A stretch of DNA of 64,000 nucleotides from a virus, in IMG/VR virus record IMGVR_UViG_3300012936_000008, positions 1 to 64,000 of that record. One strand, 5' to 3'. Numbering within the stretch: position 1 is the first letter of the stretch; every line of letters starts with the position of its first letter. A program made the translations under genes and the position numbers. Below the pieces are notes generated by a model. It worked only from the letters and a program-made list of their open reading frames with translations, was not told the DNA's origin and ran no database searches. Below, one piece after another: positions 63,374 through 64,000 of this stretch.

Positions 63374-63934
63374 TCAGGATTCGGTGACTCGTGGTTTGAA
63401 GTTGATATTCAGTGCAAGGCGGTATCCCTCACTTGGTGATGATGAAGCATGTAATTGCTTACCATCGAACACAACCATTTTACCACGTTCAGGTGCAACA
63501 CGCAACTGACATGCATGTTGAAATATACTCATCTCATCAGTGAAGAAGAATGTATCTCCATCACTGTTGTTAATATAATATAGTGCAGTAGTATGATCCT
63601 CCTCAAAGTCTACATGTGGGCAATGATGTTTTAATCGGTCAGGAAGAAGGCAACCAAGGCGCACCCGATACACATCATTAAAATCTTGATTAGCACCATC
63701 AGCAATAATCCTCAAAGCAGACTCTAATAAGTCATAGTATTGTGATACAGGTTGATAGTCCATCATCACAACATGTGAGAATGAACTATTATTGAATTTA
63801 CCCTCGTAGGGTGAGTATCCATCAGCAAATGTGGTCTCTTTAACTAGATACCATGGGAACTGTTGTTGTGTCACCAGTTCCTCAATCTGATCCTGAATAA
63901 TCTCAGGCAGAGGATAACTAGAACTCAATAACAT
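63374..63934 (-). CDS. 2OG-Fe(II) oxygenase (HxD type)
   Basis: FPWY...PHVD...LYYINNSDGDT...GKMVVFDG..LHASSSP...RLALNIN. Confidence 0.88.
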   Translation of the reverse strand: MLLSSSYPLPEIIQDQIEELVTQQQFPWYLVKETTFADGYSPYEGKFNNSSFSHVVMMDYQPVSQYYDLLESALRIIADGANQDFNDVYRVRLGCLLPDRLKHHCPHVDFEEDHTTALYYINNSDGDTFFFTDEMSIFQHACQLRVAPERGKMVVFDGKQLHASSSPSEGYRLALNINFKPRVTES

Positions 63935-64000
63935 ATTGTTTTCTGTCGCTGGGTACATCTCGTGGATACATGCAAGGGATAGACATTGACAATCGTTTAC
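63918..64000 (-). CDS. 3' end of an upstream gene, possibly a JmjC/cupin-type oxygenase
   Basis: Frame reads ...KRLSMSIPCMYPRDVPSDRKQYVIEF*; RLS.SIP resembles the last beta-strand of such oxygenases. Only 26 codons are visible. Confidence 0.45.
   Translation of the reverse strand, partial: KRLSMSIPCMYPRDVPSDRKQYVIEF

Noticed and set aside
62643-63934. Three 17-nt gene overlaps at oxygenase starts
   Set aside because: Depends on my start-codon choices and falls in the common ATGA overlap phase; probably coincidental.
1-64000. tRNA or rRNA genes
   Set aside because: No cloverleaf or rRNA-like segment recognised in the few intergenic gaps; tRNAscan-SE would be needed to exclude them fully.

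Overview
This window is a fragment of a T4-like marine cyanophage genome (Kyanoviridae-type myovirus). Essentially all real genes are on the minus strand. In transcription order (64000 to 1) there are two modules. (1) About 51.5-64 kb is an early/accessory region of tiny coupled ORFs, seven complete 2OG-Fe(II) oxygenases plus a likely eighth cut by the window edge, an SF2 helicase, a lysozyme-like gene, a putative PD-(D/E)XK nuclease, an NlpC/P60 gene and an AbrB-like gene. It is punctuated by repeated promoter cassettes: a ~22-bp imperfect palindrome, usually a stem-loop, then a -10 box at near-fixed spacing. At ~53.1-53.33 kb there are back-to-back sigma70 promoters, an AT-rich tract and cyanobacterial-type DnaA boxes, a candidate replication origin. 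(2) About 1-51.3 kb is the late tail/baseplate module: a 1488-aa protein, PAAR spike tip, gp25, gp6, a 7189-aa gp7-like giant, a YHYH-Ig protein, a gp9/10-like protein with a cupredoxin-like C-terminus, gp8, VrlC/DUF4815, and a >2363-aa tail fibre running off the left end that the ORF track misses. The most notable signals are the candidate origin, the promoter-cassette array with oxygenase genes abutting it, and phycobiliprotein-like C-x-R-D...GGN repeats in the giant baseplate protein. All family calls come from motif recognition by eye, not database searches.
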